Below, piece after piece: positions 40,845-55,235 of a DNA stretch of 64,000 nt. Each line of letters starts with the position of its first letter. The stretch's first letter is position 1. The position numbers and the translations under genes are program-made. This stretch comes from the human T2T-CHM13v2.0 reference genome, Homo sapiens: the NCBI RefSeq assembly GCF_009914755.1, contig NC_060936.1. One strand, 5' to 3'. The notes beneath the pieces are model-generated. The model was given only the letters and a program-made list of their open reading frames with translations, ran no database searches and was not told where the DNA came from.

Positions 40845-41769
40845 CCCACCTTCAAATGCATTAATCGGATTCCTTCAGTATTATGAAGAAAACATTATGA
40901 AGAGCCTTACCTGATGATAGTAATAACAACCGTAACCACTAAGTAGAGTCTATATTTATTAATAGCAATGTCATCTTCTCTAACAGTTGTCCAGTGTCCC
41001 AAGCCTGTCATAAGCTCTTTGAAGCTCTGTGAGAATGAGAGTTGTGTCTTATGCTCAGCACTTAAGATGGCTACTTAATTCAGATAGAAGAAGAATGTGG
41101 CTATTTGCAGGCAGAAGGCAACTTGATTCCTCACATGGTACTATATACTAAGACACCCTACACTCCCAGTTTTACACGTGGTAGTTCTAGCACGTTCCTT
41201 CATTTAAGGAGTCTCTTGAATTCCAAAATTTCCAGATTCCACCTGAATAAATGGCAGAGATGGCAACTGGACACAAAGTTATTTTACCCTGTTCCCTTCA
41301 CATAAAAGGCAGGCTTGGGATCACTTAGGTTTGGGGGCATAAACATCCTCTCAGTGTCTGAGTACTAAAGAAATGATAAACTACTATCAATAGAAAAGTA
41401 ACAGATCACTTAATTATCAATCAGTCTAATGGTGATTATTTTAAGACTTTTGCCACAAACTGAACTGCCCCAAAGCAAATCTCTCATGCAGTTTGGCCTT
41501 AATTTCTTTTACCCTTTTTTTTTTTTTGAGAGGTTATTATGCAGTGCTTTCCCGTTTAAAACACTGTTTCTACCAGGGAATATTAGGGGGTCTTCTGCAT
41601 TACAGACTAAGCAATTCCGTCTTTTCTCAAGAAAAACTGCCATGTTACATCTGGACAAAAATGGAAACTTTAAAAAAAAACCTCACATCGTTTTATTTTC
41701 CTTTCTGTGTGTGTATTTTTTCCCACATAAGTATCTTATTATTTCCTAATCGAAGCTCATTCTTCTCTA

Positions 41770-43520
41770 TGAGGCGCTGGCTTGGTATTTTCGCCTGACA
41801 AATCTCCCGGAGCAGATGGTCCCTTCAGGGAAGCTTCAGGAAAGTGCTGGGTGTCTAGTTATGCCTGGACCCTCCCTCCCTCTTGGGGCCCCAAATGACA
41901 AGTCATCAAACCAGTTTCTCTCCAGCAAGGGTCCTTGATCCGGTAGCAGCAGGTTTGGGTTTCAGGCACTGCAGAGACCCTTTGCAGTTGGGTTTAGCAG
42001 CTACCCAAGTCTGCAGCCTGCGCTGGTCCTGGGGGTGAGAGTGATATCCCTGTTGTCCAATCAGAGAAGCGGGTTTCCCTGTGGTCCCCGCCCCACTTTC
42101 CCTGCTGCCCCAATAACCGCCCTAAAAGGCCGGGCTTCTGCTGTCAAGTAGCCAGGGTGGGCTCCGCCGAGGCGAGGAGGGGCGCCGGTGGGGAGATGCG
42201 CTCCCAGGTGTTTGCAGCGGAAGTGGGAAACCTGTAGGGTATGGTCCAGCTGTGCCGCACCGAGGCGAGCAGGAGCAGGGAACAGGTAGGAAGCTGGACT
42301 TTTCCTTCTTTGCAGATAAAATAAAGAATGCGCATTTCCATGCTGTTGCTTCCCTTCCCCCAGCCCCGCCCAGCCCTCGTCACCCCCAAATCTCCTGTGG
42401 TCCCTGCAGCTCTCGCCGTGCGGCGCGGGAAGGACTGGGGCGGAGGTGGCTGGGGTGCGGGGAAGCAGGGGTGCGGGATGCCGGAGCCCTGGGGTGCCGG
42501 GCAAGGCAGGACGGCAGTGCCCTAGGAGAGGGCTCCGAGCTCGGGGTCTGTGTCTCGTCAACTTTCCTTTCGGAGGCTGCCGCCGCCAGCGCCGGGAACT
42601 CGCCCCAGGGATGCCATATCGCCTCGGCAGGGGAGGGGTGGGGAAGCAGAGAGGTCGGCAGCCCGGGGCCTGCAGGTCTTTTTCTCCCGACGCCGGCCCG
42701 CACCTGCTCATCTTTCCCATCCCACCTGGGCGCCTGGCTAGCGCATCCCGGAAAACCTGGGAGCGGTTGCGGAGAGGGGAGGAAGCGACTTGTTTGTCCC
42801 CTGACCCCTCTGTTAAGATCTAGCTCCCTTCAGGAGATGGGGGTGGGGAAGAATCCCTGCAACTCGAAGGGCACGTTCCGATTAATTACGTCTCCGTTGA
42901 GAAGGCACCGGCCCTTCTCCACGATCTGCGGCAGGTGGGAGGGAGAGACCGCGGAGCCACGGCCCCTTCCCTCCTAGCCTGGCGCTGTCTACGGGAACCA
43001 CCTTCACACCTAGTTTCTGAAAGGTGGATTTGGCTTCAGGGATTTCCAGGGAGTCAAGTGATTGTGCCCGGATGGGCTCCGAGCGGCTGCGAGGCTGCCT
43101 CCCTAGGTGACCGCATCTGGGTAGTAGGTGTTGGCCCAGTGCCGGTTCCTGCAGGAGTCAGATTGCTGGGAGCAGTAGGCAGAAGAATTGCAGAGAGATC
43201 CGACGCTGCATCACCCTCTGGGACTGATGACACCCTGCTTTGAAAATTCCTGAAAAATTGGGATGATGGGAAAGAGGGAAAGCGGATAGCTGCGACCTTT
43301 CCTTATTTATTTATTTATTTTCATGCCAAACCGGGCATGGGTATTCGTACGTGTGCTTGTGTGTGCACATCTCCAAGGTGGAGCTATATATAGCTCCTGC
43401 ATACCCAGCCCGGCTTCCCTGCTGCTGAGCCGGCTGCCTTGGCCTTCTCAAGCAATCTGGAAGCACTGAGTGGGCGGGGCAAAAGGGAATCCAATTCTCC
43501 ATTGGGGGAAAAGCCGGAGA
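41770..43520. promoter_or_regulatory. CpG island promoter (core ~42060-43220)
   Basis: Abrupt rise in GC and CpG density in otherwise CpG-poor DNA. CCAAT at 42057 and 42110, GC boxes (ccccgccc 42086, 42364; ggggcgg 42437; gggcgggg 43471), ETS/GABP-type gcggaagtg ~42217. Confidence 0.9.
42200..42285 (+). other. Candidate first exon of an unidentified + strand gene (start approximate)
   Basis: Lies downstream of CCAAT/GC boxes and overlaps the ETS site. Ends at donor-like CAG|GTAGGA (GT at 42286-42287). Contains an ATG at 42241 in gggtATGg context. Confidence 0.5.
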
Positions 43521-43580
43521 AGAAGCATTCAGACTGCTGAAACCCTGCGTGAAATAATGTTTTTGTAACTCACGTAAAGA

Positions 43581-43637
43581 TCAATATTTCATATTTCATG
43601 TTTTCAATATGTCATATTTCATGTTTTCAATATTTCA
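43581..43637. repeat. 23-bp tandem repeat, ~2.5 copies
   Basis: tcaatat(t/g)tcatatttcatgttt at 43581 and 43604, partial copy at 43627. Confidence 0.9.
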
Positions 43638-45629
43638 GTATTTTGCAAACATTCTTAGAGTGCCAATATAATCTTCATCCATTTCGCCGCATTTTTCGGT
43701 TTCTAAGTGTACATATGAACCTTACCAGGCCGAAGTGTAACGCAAATCAAATTAATACATGCCGTATCTGGGATATTTTATTAGACTCGGCATAATGGTT
43801 TGGTTATTTGGTAGTAAATTTATTTCAGTGGTAACTTATGGCTAACAGCATTTGGGGATCTGGGAATGGATCCACCCACTTTCCAGGACTAAGGAACTGC
43901 TAGAACCCTTGCGGGGGTAGATGTGAGGTATTTCTTTGTACAGATTTTACATGTGGACCTGATATTTAAATTTGTACTGCTTTTTCATATCACATCTATT
44001 TGTACTATGTGAACTTTCTTTTATAGATTGATGTATGTGCATTTATCTTTGCCATTCCCTGAAATTACTTATTCCTGATGACAACCTTTCCATTTTCACA
44101 GATGAAGAAACTAAGATTCAGAAGACACAAGTGATTGGTTGAAAGTCTTCTGAAAACTTTAATATTCCAACAACCTGCCGTGTAATTATACTGCATAGCA
44201 GTTTCCCCTCAAATAGAATACTTTTTAGCTTCCCAGGATTTTTGGTCCTGGCAACAAAATGTGGTTAATGTTGATACCAGGAACAATATAAACCAAGTTT
44301 ATTCGGTTCTAGTCTGACATGTATCCCTACAAAATTTAATTCTGTGTTTTAAGAACAAAATTCTAACTTGCCAAGTCATTTTGAAGATAAATTATTTAAT
44401 CTACCAAGTTACCATCATAGGCAGTGCGAGCTGGCTTTTAATTTTGCTCTGCAACTTCCTGATGATCTGATTTGGAGCAAGATAATTAAACTCTGAGAAT
44501 CTGTTTTCTTGTCTTCAAAAGGAATTTTATAGCATTGAAATTTCAGGTTGCTATGAGGGCCATAAAAAGCATGCATGTTTCTATCATGGGGATGGGCGCA
44601 TAGTGGGTCATTAATAAACAGGGCTACTGGTAATAATAACAATACATAGGTATGTATCAACTAAATGCATTTTAAAATTCATGGTTCTAACAAAACGATC
44701 ACTCCTCTTCAGAATCTCTAGTAGACTATTTTCACTTGGGAACTTAATCATACTTAGTCTTATTTTGTTGCTTAATCCTCATTTGTATGTCTGATTTGTT
44801 TTCTAATTAGGAAGTACTTTGCAGAAAAAGACTACACTTATAATCTTTTTGTATACCCCACCACATTGAACACAGTCCTATAATAAGTAGCCTTAAAGAT
44901 TCTTGTTCAGGAAGCATCATCCTAAGAAGCTGGATGGGTGCAGCAATGATTTGGGGATATTTTTTTGGTAGAAGGCTATGCCTTGGGAGGAAACTTCCTC
45001 TGGCTTTATGATCCTCTCCATGAGGAGTAATGGATGACATAAGGTGTTTCTATATCTTTTCATAGAATGACTCGGTTCTACAGTAGGGATTATGACTATG
45101 TACTGGTTCTATGTATTCTCTTGTATCTTGTGTCCCTTGAGACCAACTAGGAAGAGCTGAAATAGACAATTTATATTTCTGTATACAAAATATGTCCTGT
45201 AATTGCCTTATTTCAAAAAAAATCAACAAATTCTCCAATTTCCATCTATTTCTACATGTAAATTGGCCATGGTCTCTATCATATCCCACAACTTATTCTA
45301 ACTCACCAGTAAGCTCCTCCTCAATTCCAATGTTTGTTTTCTTTTTATTGATGTATTATCGATTGTTCTCTTCTGACCTTCTATTTTCCATATTGTCCAT
45401 CTTCTTGAAATTTTGCTCCTTGACACCACAATGCTCTGATAGCGTACTTTTTTCTTAATTTTTCTAACTTTCCTTTCTTTGTCTCCCTCTTATCTTCTCT
45501 TTCTACTTCTAGCTTTCAAGCAAATCCCCCAAATTGATGACAATTTATCTTATTGAAAATAAAGTTCTCCTTCTGCATTTCCATTCCTAATCTCCCTCCC
45601 ATTAGCCATTTCCTTTACACTTACCCTAT

Positions 45630-45850
45630 CGGCTAAGAGCACAGGCTTTGGGAGGAAGCCTGCAGGTGTTAATATTTATGTATCATGATGCAGTTAAGCG
45701 AACATCAGCAAGTCAACTGGGGATTATCATAGCACTTACGTGAGAGGATTTTGTGATTTGTAAAATATTAAGTGAGATAATGCGTGTTAAACATTCAAAA
45801 TAAGGTTTGGCCCATGGTAATTACTCATAAAGAATAGCTATTAATAATAG
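45630..45850 (+). mobile_element. MIR
   Basis: ggctaagagcacaggctttgg...tggggattatcatagcacttac...attaagtgagataatgcgtg. Confidence 0.65.
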
Positions 45851-46459
45851 AAGTGCTATTGTAGCAATTGTAATGCACAAGGTGAAAACTGGTTTTGCTT
45901 TTTCCCCATCAATAGGCATCATTCCTAAACTGGCTTTTATCAATGGAGACTACAACTTTACAGGCTTTCTGGCTTGTGGTTAGTTACTTTTTAAGACTTT
46001 CTTTCCTCTAGTCCAAGTGTTCACCATATAGTCAGTAATTGATTCATTTTTATTTTCAACTCTAATTTGTATCTTTCTCTGCTTATTCCAGCACTAGTTT
46101 CTTCTGGCACTCCATGCCTGGATGAGTCCAGTAGGCAAGTTATCAAAACTTCCAATTTATAAGTCTATCTGCTTTAATCTAAGATGCCATGTATTATTGG
46201 TATAATGTGTTTTCAATTTTCATTAGTGCTTCTACTTTCCTTTGAAACTTTCACTGTACTTTAGTTCGTATCTTAAAAAGCACTGATTTTGGAGCAGGAG
46301 ACTCAGGTTCAACTCCTGACAACAGGACTGATCCGTTGTGTGACCTTGGAAATGTAGCAGCAGGAGGATGGGGCATTATTTCACTTCAATAATATGAATG
46401 ACCAACTGTGTAAAGTTACACTCAAAAGTCTATCTATTTAATATTCAATTGAAAATAAT

Positions 46460-47310
46460 ATCTTATTATTATAAGGACATCTAAAATCATTAAAGAAATA
46501 CTGGGAATAAAGAAAAATCCACCAAATTCCGCAGTACAAAGAGATCCTATTTCAATCTTCTAGTCTTATTTCTATTAATATAAATAGGTATTTTTCAATT
46601 ATAGATTTGAGTTTACAGTGAACATTCACTTTTGTATTTAGCTTTTTAAACTTAATATACCATAAACATTTATTCATTTCATTTAATATTCTTACTATCC
46701 ATGTGTTTTTTGGCTGTCAATATTCTATGATAGATCTTCAGATTGTTTTCAGTTTTGCATCGTCAAGAACATGAACCTTTGTATACATTAATATTTGCAT
46801 TTCTGACCATTTCCTTATGACACCTTAGAAGTTACCCAGGCAAAAGTGTAAATATTTTTAGCCTCATAACACTTACTGCCAAATTGCTTCCCCCAAAATG
46901 TAAGCACAGATTTATTCTCTACCAGTGGTTGTACCAGTTTGGCCATACTCTCATTAACACTTGATATTATTTTTAAAAATTGGGATCATTTTGATAGTAC
47001 AAATTGTGTATCTAGTTATTCTTCTGAGTTATTGTTCCTATGATTTTGGATGAGTTCAAAAATGTTATATTTATAGGTTCTTTGTATTTTTTAATTTGTG
47101 AATTTCATTTGACTCTTTATTGGAGTGTTCATATTTTCTTCATGTAATAGGAAATCTGAGGTATACTGCAAAAATTGTCTGCATCTTGTTCTTTGCATTT
47201 TAAAAAATGCTTTCTAACACACAGAAATGTATAGCTTTACTGTAGTTTATAAATCTATTTGCAGTAGTGTCTCTTTGTAGCTTTCAGGTTCAGAAAACTT
47301 TCTACCACTT
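46460..47310 (-). mobile_element. Old L1ME-like fragment
   Basis: cttactgccaaattgcttccccc...taccagtttggccatactctcattaacacttgatattat, antisense L1 3' region motifs. Confidence 0.6.
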
Positions 47311-47907
47311 AACGGAGAATTGAATATAAAAACAACATGTGACGGTGCTATTGCTGAACTTCTTTCCTCCTTTGAAGCAGAATCTGGCTTATGTATATCA
47401 TATGTATATCCCAGTGCGAAATGGCTCTGGGGACACATAAAATCCACTCAGTCTATTAAGATCCTATTATTCTTTAGGCAGCTCTCCCATGAAGTGAATA
47501 GTACCTTAATTCTTTCTGAGCTACTATTGTCCATTTTAAAAGAGCCACAGGGCAGAATGCACTATGGAAGATATTAATGGCCAGGTTACTCAGCCAGAGC
47601 AGGGCACATTGTTTGCACAATTATCTGAATGACTCAGGCACTAAATCTGCTTCTGCCAGGATTATCCAGATGGTCCTTAACTCAGTAGATAATTTTTCAC
47701 GCCTGTACTTGATTTTGATGGTGTAGACCTGAGCATGTCACCACTTTTCCTGCACTGTCTTGTTACTACTCAATTTGCTTAGGGCTGGTTGCTTTAGTTT
47801 CTTTTATGAGAGGCAGGTTTGCCCGGTTCTTCAGAGCATAGGTGTTAAGAGTTATGCAGAGCTTTGCATGAAACCTAGCTCAGTCAGTTACTAGCAGCGT
47901 GCTTTGA

Positions 47908-48227
<320 letters not shown>

Positions 48228-48339
48228 ATGAGACCAGCCACTTAAATTTTTTTACAACATTGTTTTCTGTGTAAGAAACATATTCAGAGTTTGAAGTCCC
48301 TATTTCATTCTCCTCCCTCATAGTCGCCTTCTTCTAAGT

Positions 48340-48960
48340 ACATTCTATATGTCATAACCACAGTTGTCTTTCTAAAACCAATTTCATCGTATTCTTCCTC
48401 TGCTGAAAATTTTTTGAGTTAGTTCCCCTTTTTTTGTATTAGTAAGATGTCTGAAGTCTTTTGCATTGCACCTAAAGTCCTTTATTAAATGGTACGTGGT
48501 AACTTCTCTAGATTCATTTTCTGATTAATCAAATTTCTTCCATCTCCAATCTCCCGTAATGTCAATCAACTGAACGGTTTGCCTTCTCCTAATGCATCTT
48601 GTTTCCTCTTTTCTCGCAACACCCTCCCATGTTCCCCATGTTCTATTCTCTACTATAAATAACCTGTTTTCTTGTCTGCTTTTTAACTGACCTAACCTTT
48701 TCATGCCTTGGGTCAGGTGCCACCATTTCTTGGAGGACTTCCCCTGAATTCCCAGTCTTAAATTTTGACTCCCATGGTAACCTGTGGATATCCCTGCCGT
48801 GTCACTTACCATACTATATTGTACTGATTGGTTACTTGTCTCTTGCCTCCACCGTAAGTCCTTGAGGATAGACACCATATGTTATTTTTCTTTGTGTCTG
48901 ATAGAGGACCTGACATAGAGTTGATACTTAATAAATATTTTCTGAAGAAATGAATAAAAG
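48340..48960 (+). mobile_element. L2 3' fragment
   Basis: ...gtaagtccttgaggatagacacc...cctgacatagagttgatacttaataaatattttctgaagaaatgaat. Confidence 0.75.
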
Positions 48961-49945
48961 AAGGTTAAGACTAAATTAGTTTTTAGGATTTCAACAAATG
49001 AAGGATTCATATCTTTACCCTGGAAACCAATCAATAAAAGCTAAAAATTATGTCAATCTTCACAATATTTCAAAAATTAACTTCCTGGTTTTGTTGATTT
49101 ATACAGAGTAAATAAAAGAGAGTTTTTTTTTAATGAGGAATTTTGTAATGAAAAGCATGCCTAGGACAGCCAATAATTCCAAATTGCTAAATCAGTCAAT
49201 AAATATCTTTTAAATAATTCTGCATTTTAAAAGGAAAGAGGAATGCATAGTTACATGGATAATGTCGATGTATAAATTTAGCTGTGTTGGAATTAAGTAA
49301 TGGCAAAGTTAATTTCACTTTTCTTTATTTAATAAAAGGTCTTCCATTGGTGTCATCTTTGGTAGATTACAAAGCATGGTCACATGCATAGCCTTATTTG
49401 ATCCTTCGTAACAGTTTTGAAAGTTAGATTCAAAGGCATGGTTATCCACATTTACAGATAAAAAAAAAAAGCTCAGAGAAGTAACTAATTTGCCCAAGGT
49501 TACACGTTAGTGGCAAATCTGGACAAGTAAGATGATCTTGCTCATAGTTGAGTGTCCCATGTGTTATGGTTGGCCCAGAACATTTCACTGAGAGATGACT
49601 GCCATGATTTTGTCTAGGTTAAGGACAACAATCTTGATAATAATAATCCCCTGAAAGTCCTGAGCAATCTAGTAAAAATGTATTGCATTATTACCTATAT
49701 AGGGTTTTTACTTAGATTTTTAGTAATCTGAGAAGAAACCAGCTGACAGAACTTTTTGCTTTAAACATATTTTAAAGTCTTATATTTAGTTACTTGATCA
49801 TTTAGAACACACACACATACACACACACACCATATTACCCTTTTTTTGTTTGTTTTGAAGTATTTGCCTTTTATATTAGGTGACAAGTACAATGTTCTTT
49901 CCCTTACTTTTTTTTTAAAACTTGAATTATTAAAATATTTTTTTC

Positions 49946-50281
<336 letters not shown>

Positions 50282-51779
50282 TCAACTTTAGTCTTCAGGT
50301 TTTGGCTTAGCATATATTCTGTGTAATCTTGGAGAACCAGATAGGTCAAATGCATTTTTTAGGAAATAGCACAAGTGATGAAAAAGAAATTTATGAAAAA
50401 CAGATGGGTACTTAGTAAGAATGGCAATCTATCCTAGTTTGAAAATTACAAACACCGAGATATAAGATTGATTTTTAAAAATTGACTTGTGCAAACATCT
50501 TCTCTATAATTGCACCTCAATTACTAACAATCACTTATTGAGCACTCACTCTGTGTTGGGCATTTAAAAAAAAATGTGTTGCACATGACCATCTCAAAAC
50601 TTTACAAAACCAGTGAAAAGGATTTTTAAAGTTTATTATTCCGATTTTGCAGATCAGGGAAGTTAGTTATTAAAAAGTTAATGCATGGAGAGGCTAGAAT
50701 TCACACCCAGATTGTCTGACTCTGAAGTCCAAGTTTTTAATTGCTGTGTTATTCAGCACCAACCCCCAGTGCTCATGATAGCTGGTTTTAGTACTTTGTG
50801 AGTCACGGTTTAAAATGCTGCTATTCTAAGTGACCGGAATCTATCCCTAGACCCTCAAATAAATTTAGTATTAATACAAGGAATTAAATCATTCTAAATT
50901 TGCATATGTTTTATTTATGAATATCTTATTGATATCTTTCACTACAGTAATTTACATGGTGCAGTTTCCCAAGCATGAATTGGACCATTACAATGTGTCA
51001 TTTAAATATGCCTCTAATAGGCCAATCATTTGAATTTTGACACAAGCACCAGAAGTTTTTATGCATTTCTGCCCTAATTTTGCTTTCTAACATCTCAAAC
51101 CATAAACAGTAATTCTCTCCTAAGGCTTCTAATCTGATAGTATTTAATTGTCATGGTTACTAAAAGTACAGATTTGTTAACTGTAACAGACAAGATGAAT
51201 ATTATAAATAATATTTATAATATTCTAGCTTGAAAAGCTGTTTACTGTAATAGAATTTTATCTCAGATAAAACTTTCCTTTGTAGAGTATTTTTATACAT
51301 TAAATGTGGTGTAATATAATTTAAAATATTTGTAAATGCCTAATGGATTGACTTTATTTTTCTTTTGGTCTACTTATATTATTTTGGAGAGCATAACAAC
51401 TTTCAGATTGCTTGAAAATTAACCTGGTTTCTCAAAAAATGTTATTTTCAAATTTTGGTTTCTGCACAAGTTGAGTGGTAATGAACCTAAGACATCAACT
51501 TTAAGTAAAACACTGTATTATTACATTCTTTCCTTTTCCCTTTTTCATTAAAGAATGGCAGACATACAGAAAACATTTGGCCCAATGAGCTATAACAAAG
51601 TATTCATACTATGAAATCAACACTCATTTCAGAAGAAAGAATCTTGTCAGCACCCAGGTACCCCGCTTCCAGCCCCACTTAATCACTATCGCCTTACTGT
51701 TCTCCAAAGATAGCTTCTGACTAATAAGACTGTAGAATAGTTTTGTCTGTTTTTAGAATCTACATAAACGGAATCATGA

Positions 51780-51986
<207 letters not shown>

Positions 51987-52140
51987 TAGCAATAATTTAT
52001 TTTCATTGTACTGTAGAATTCTATTGAATGAATGCCCCCAAAATATACATATTTATTCTATTGTTGAATACTTGGGTTGTTTCCAGTTTTGTGTTATTAC
52101 TGATAGTTCTCCTATGCATGTTTTCAAATTTATTAGACAT

Positions 52141-52504
<364 letters not shown>

Positions 52505-54802
52505 TAGTATAGTGCCAACACATTCTTTTCAGCACTTGCATAGTAACCCTTTGCATAAAACACAATTTATTTGTCTCATTGTTGGAACTTTGGGTAATGT
52601 TTCCAATGTTTTTTAAAAAAGAATGCTACAGAAACATTATTCTACGTGTAGTTTTGTATATTCCTGGGAATATTTTTCTAAGATATTTCCAGAATGAAAT
52701 TGCTAGCCAAGAGGTATATATATATTTTTTACAGATTATTGATATTTCCAAGTTGCCCTATAAATTATATAGTATAAATTACTATGGTAATTTATAATCT
52801 TAGAAACATGAATAAGAATGTCTGCTTTTGCATATTCTCCCTAGTACTATTATCAGTCTTTCAAATATGTTTGGATTTTGTATTTCCAAATAAAATTATT
52901 ACTGAAAAAATAATATAAATGAAGCATAGCTGTGTGCTAAAGAGATCATAAAACATAACATTTGGTATTTCCCTATAGACTAAATTTTGCTATTTTATAT
53001 AAAAATATTTCAGTTATTTTTGGATTTGTAAAAACATTTCAGTTAATTTAAGTGGATCCTAAGTTAAACTCCCCTGCTTTCATCGTTATTTTTAGTATTA
53101 CAGCTTTTCAATGGATAAAGATTTAAATCTATATTCTGGCATGTAGTAGATACGTAATTTTGGAAAATTTACTCAGTTCCTCTTACTTTGTGTGCCTTCA
53201 TTTTCCGAAGTCATGAAAATAGATATGGAAGTTAAGTTTGCTATATCGCTCTCATCTGATTGTTTTCCAGGTTTGATTTAGGTAATTAGGCTACTTAGGC
53301 AGGTGCCTGTTTCTCACTGACCTATTTATGACCCTCTCAAAGCTGCTTGTTCTTCAGTGAGAAGAGTTTCTAGACATGTAAAGGGGCCTGTTTCCTATGA
53401 ATAATCTACAAAGTAGTCTCTTCTGCTAGTTAGAAATGGAAAGAAGTGACGTGAATAATATTTCCTTCTTTCCTTCATTTATATTGTTGGTGAGAGGAGG
53501 GAGAGAGAGAGAGAGAACAGAAATGCAGATCTACCATGTGGTAGACGTTGCATTGGGGCTAGAGATACAGTAATGATTAAGTGAGACTTTCTCTTGCCTT
53601 CAAGAGTCTTCTAAACTAAGTGTGTAAAATAGATAAAAAGGTAGTTCAAAACTGCAAATGGGTGCCAACATGCTAGGGGAATTGTTCTATGCAGAGGACA
53701 AATAAAGACCTGGAGGCAAAGAACAGCATGACTGGTTCAAATAACAAAAAGAAATAAAGAAATATGGTATAGTATAAATTATACAGTAGCAAGACAAATG
53801 GCTGAAGAGCAGAAAAAGAAAGTTTCTTTAAAGTGTTGAAGTATGTGTCTTATTCTCGGAGCAATGGTTTAAAGAAAGGCAGTGATTTAATCAGATTTCA
53901 TAATTATTTTTTAGGATTTAACAAAGTAAAAGACACTAGCTATGAAAGGGCTGTAATTTCAAAAATGTTAAAATAAGTCTAGATTTGAAACAGCATATCT
54001 AGATCATTCTTGATAAGAAAAGAAATTTTGAAAAATTGGCAGGCCTATACTCTCCAAATTATCTTTTAATAAGATCTAGTAGTAATTTTATTATTGACTT
54101 CATCTTGCTGTTAGGTATCTTATGAAAACTCCCTTTGAGTAGTTAAGAAAAGATAATTAAACATAGAGTCATATTTTTTCATCTTCATCTTTTTCACAGC
54201 TTCTTTGATTTCACAGCTTCTTTCTTGATTTTGGCTAAGACACATATATTTTAAAAGCCATAAAAATTCACGGATGTCCTAGACTTAGGATTTTATCCCT
54301 AGCTATGGCTTAGAATACTACCTTGCTTATTTTTATAAACACGTATGGTTTCCTGTTTGTATACAATCATATCTGTTATGGGGGTATAAGAAATAGTCAT
54401 TTACAATATGACTAAATCACTAAGGAAAAGATGTACAGTAAAACTTGGATTTTGGAGATATTTTAAACTGATGGTTTCTATAAAATGCTATTCCCTGGAA
54501 CTTCTCATGCCTCACATCACCAGGCTGAGAATTTTTTTGTCTTATTTATTTTTACAATGGTAAAGTGATTAGTTGTAAAGAGGAAAAATTGCCATTGCTA
54601 CTGACCTAAATGATTGTTAGTCATACTGAAATGTGCTCAGAGAATCATTGCTCAACATGTGAAAAGCTTATCCTTGCAATAAAAATCCCTCTATTTTCTG
54701 ATACTCTGATAACATTATATATTGAGAAGTCACAAAGATTTACTGATATATAGCAAGTGTAATTTCTTCTTTGTTTCTTCTTTACTTTCTGTCTCTTTTT
54801 AG

Positions 54803-54835
54803 TGCCTTCATTGTTCAGGGAAGTGTCATGCCAAG
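54803..54835 (+). other. Candidate 33-nt internal exon
   Basis: ~43-nt AG-free polypyrimidine tract ending tttttAG (54801-54802), followed by donor-like AAG|GTATAT. Confidence 0.35.
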
Positions 54836-55235
54836 GTATATTGACAATACTGGTCCTTTTTGAGCATCCAAAAACAGTGGTATTTCTCGAAGCTAATGAT
54901 TGCCTATTATTTGCTTCATTAGGGAATTAAAATTTGTCAGCCTTTTCTCCAGGATTTTGTTTCATCCAGAGAATATTTTCCTTCCCAATTGCTTGCAGTT
55001 GACACCACTATTTGAATCCTGATGAATTATTTCTGCTTCATGTTTGCCATAGACCTTCTGCTCAGCTTGCGTATGCTTATATACTTTACTTATCATAAAC
55101 TTCCTTGTGTTTGAGATGGGGTAAGCATTGTTGATGATGGGTAGTAATAGAGAATTATTCCATCTACATCAGATCACAGTTTTTTTTTTCAATGTTTAAT
55201 AATAGGTTTTAGAATTCTGGGCAAAAGTAACATCT

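Noticed and set aside
42300-42315. Strong acceptor-like tttccttctttgcag 30 nt after the candidate donor
   Set aside because: Too close to form an intron with the 42286 donor. It could only serve an upstream promoter, for which I have no evidence.
42061-43243. Long overlapping ORFs in the CpG island (219 aa minus, 241 aa plus and others)
   Set aside because: Pro/Arg/Gly/Ala-rich, open in several frames on both strands, with no recognisable domain. This is expected from stop-codon scarcity in GC-rich DNA.
43717-43731. gaaccttaccaggcc resembles a bacterial 16S rRNA motif; its reverse complement is a good splice donor
   Set aside because: Only ~15 nt with no flanking rRNA similarity, and no supporting minus-strand exon or promoter is visible.
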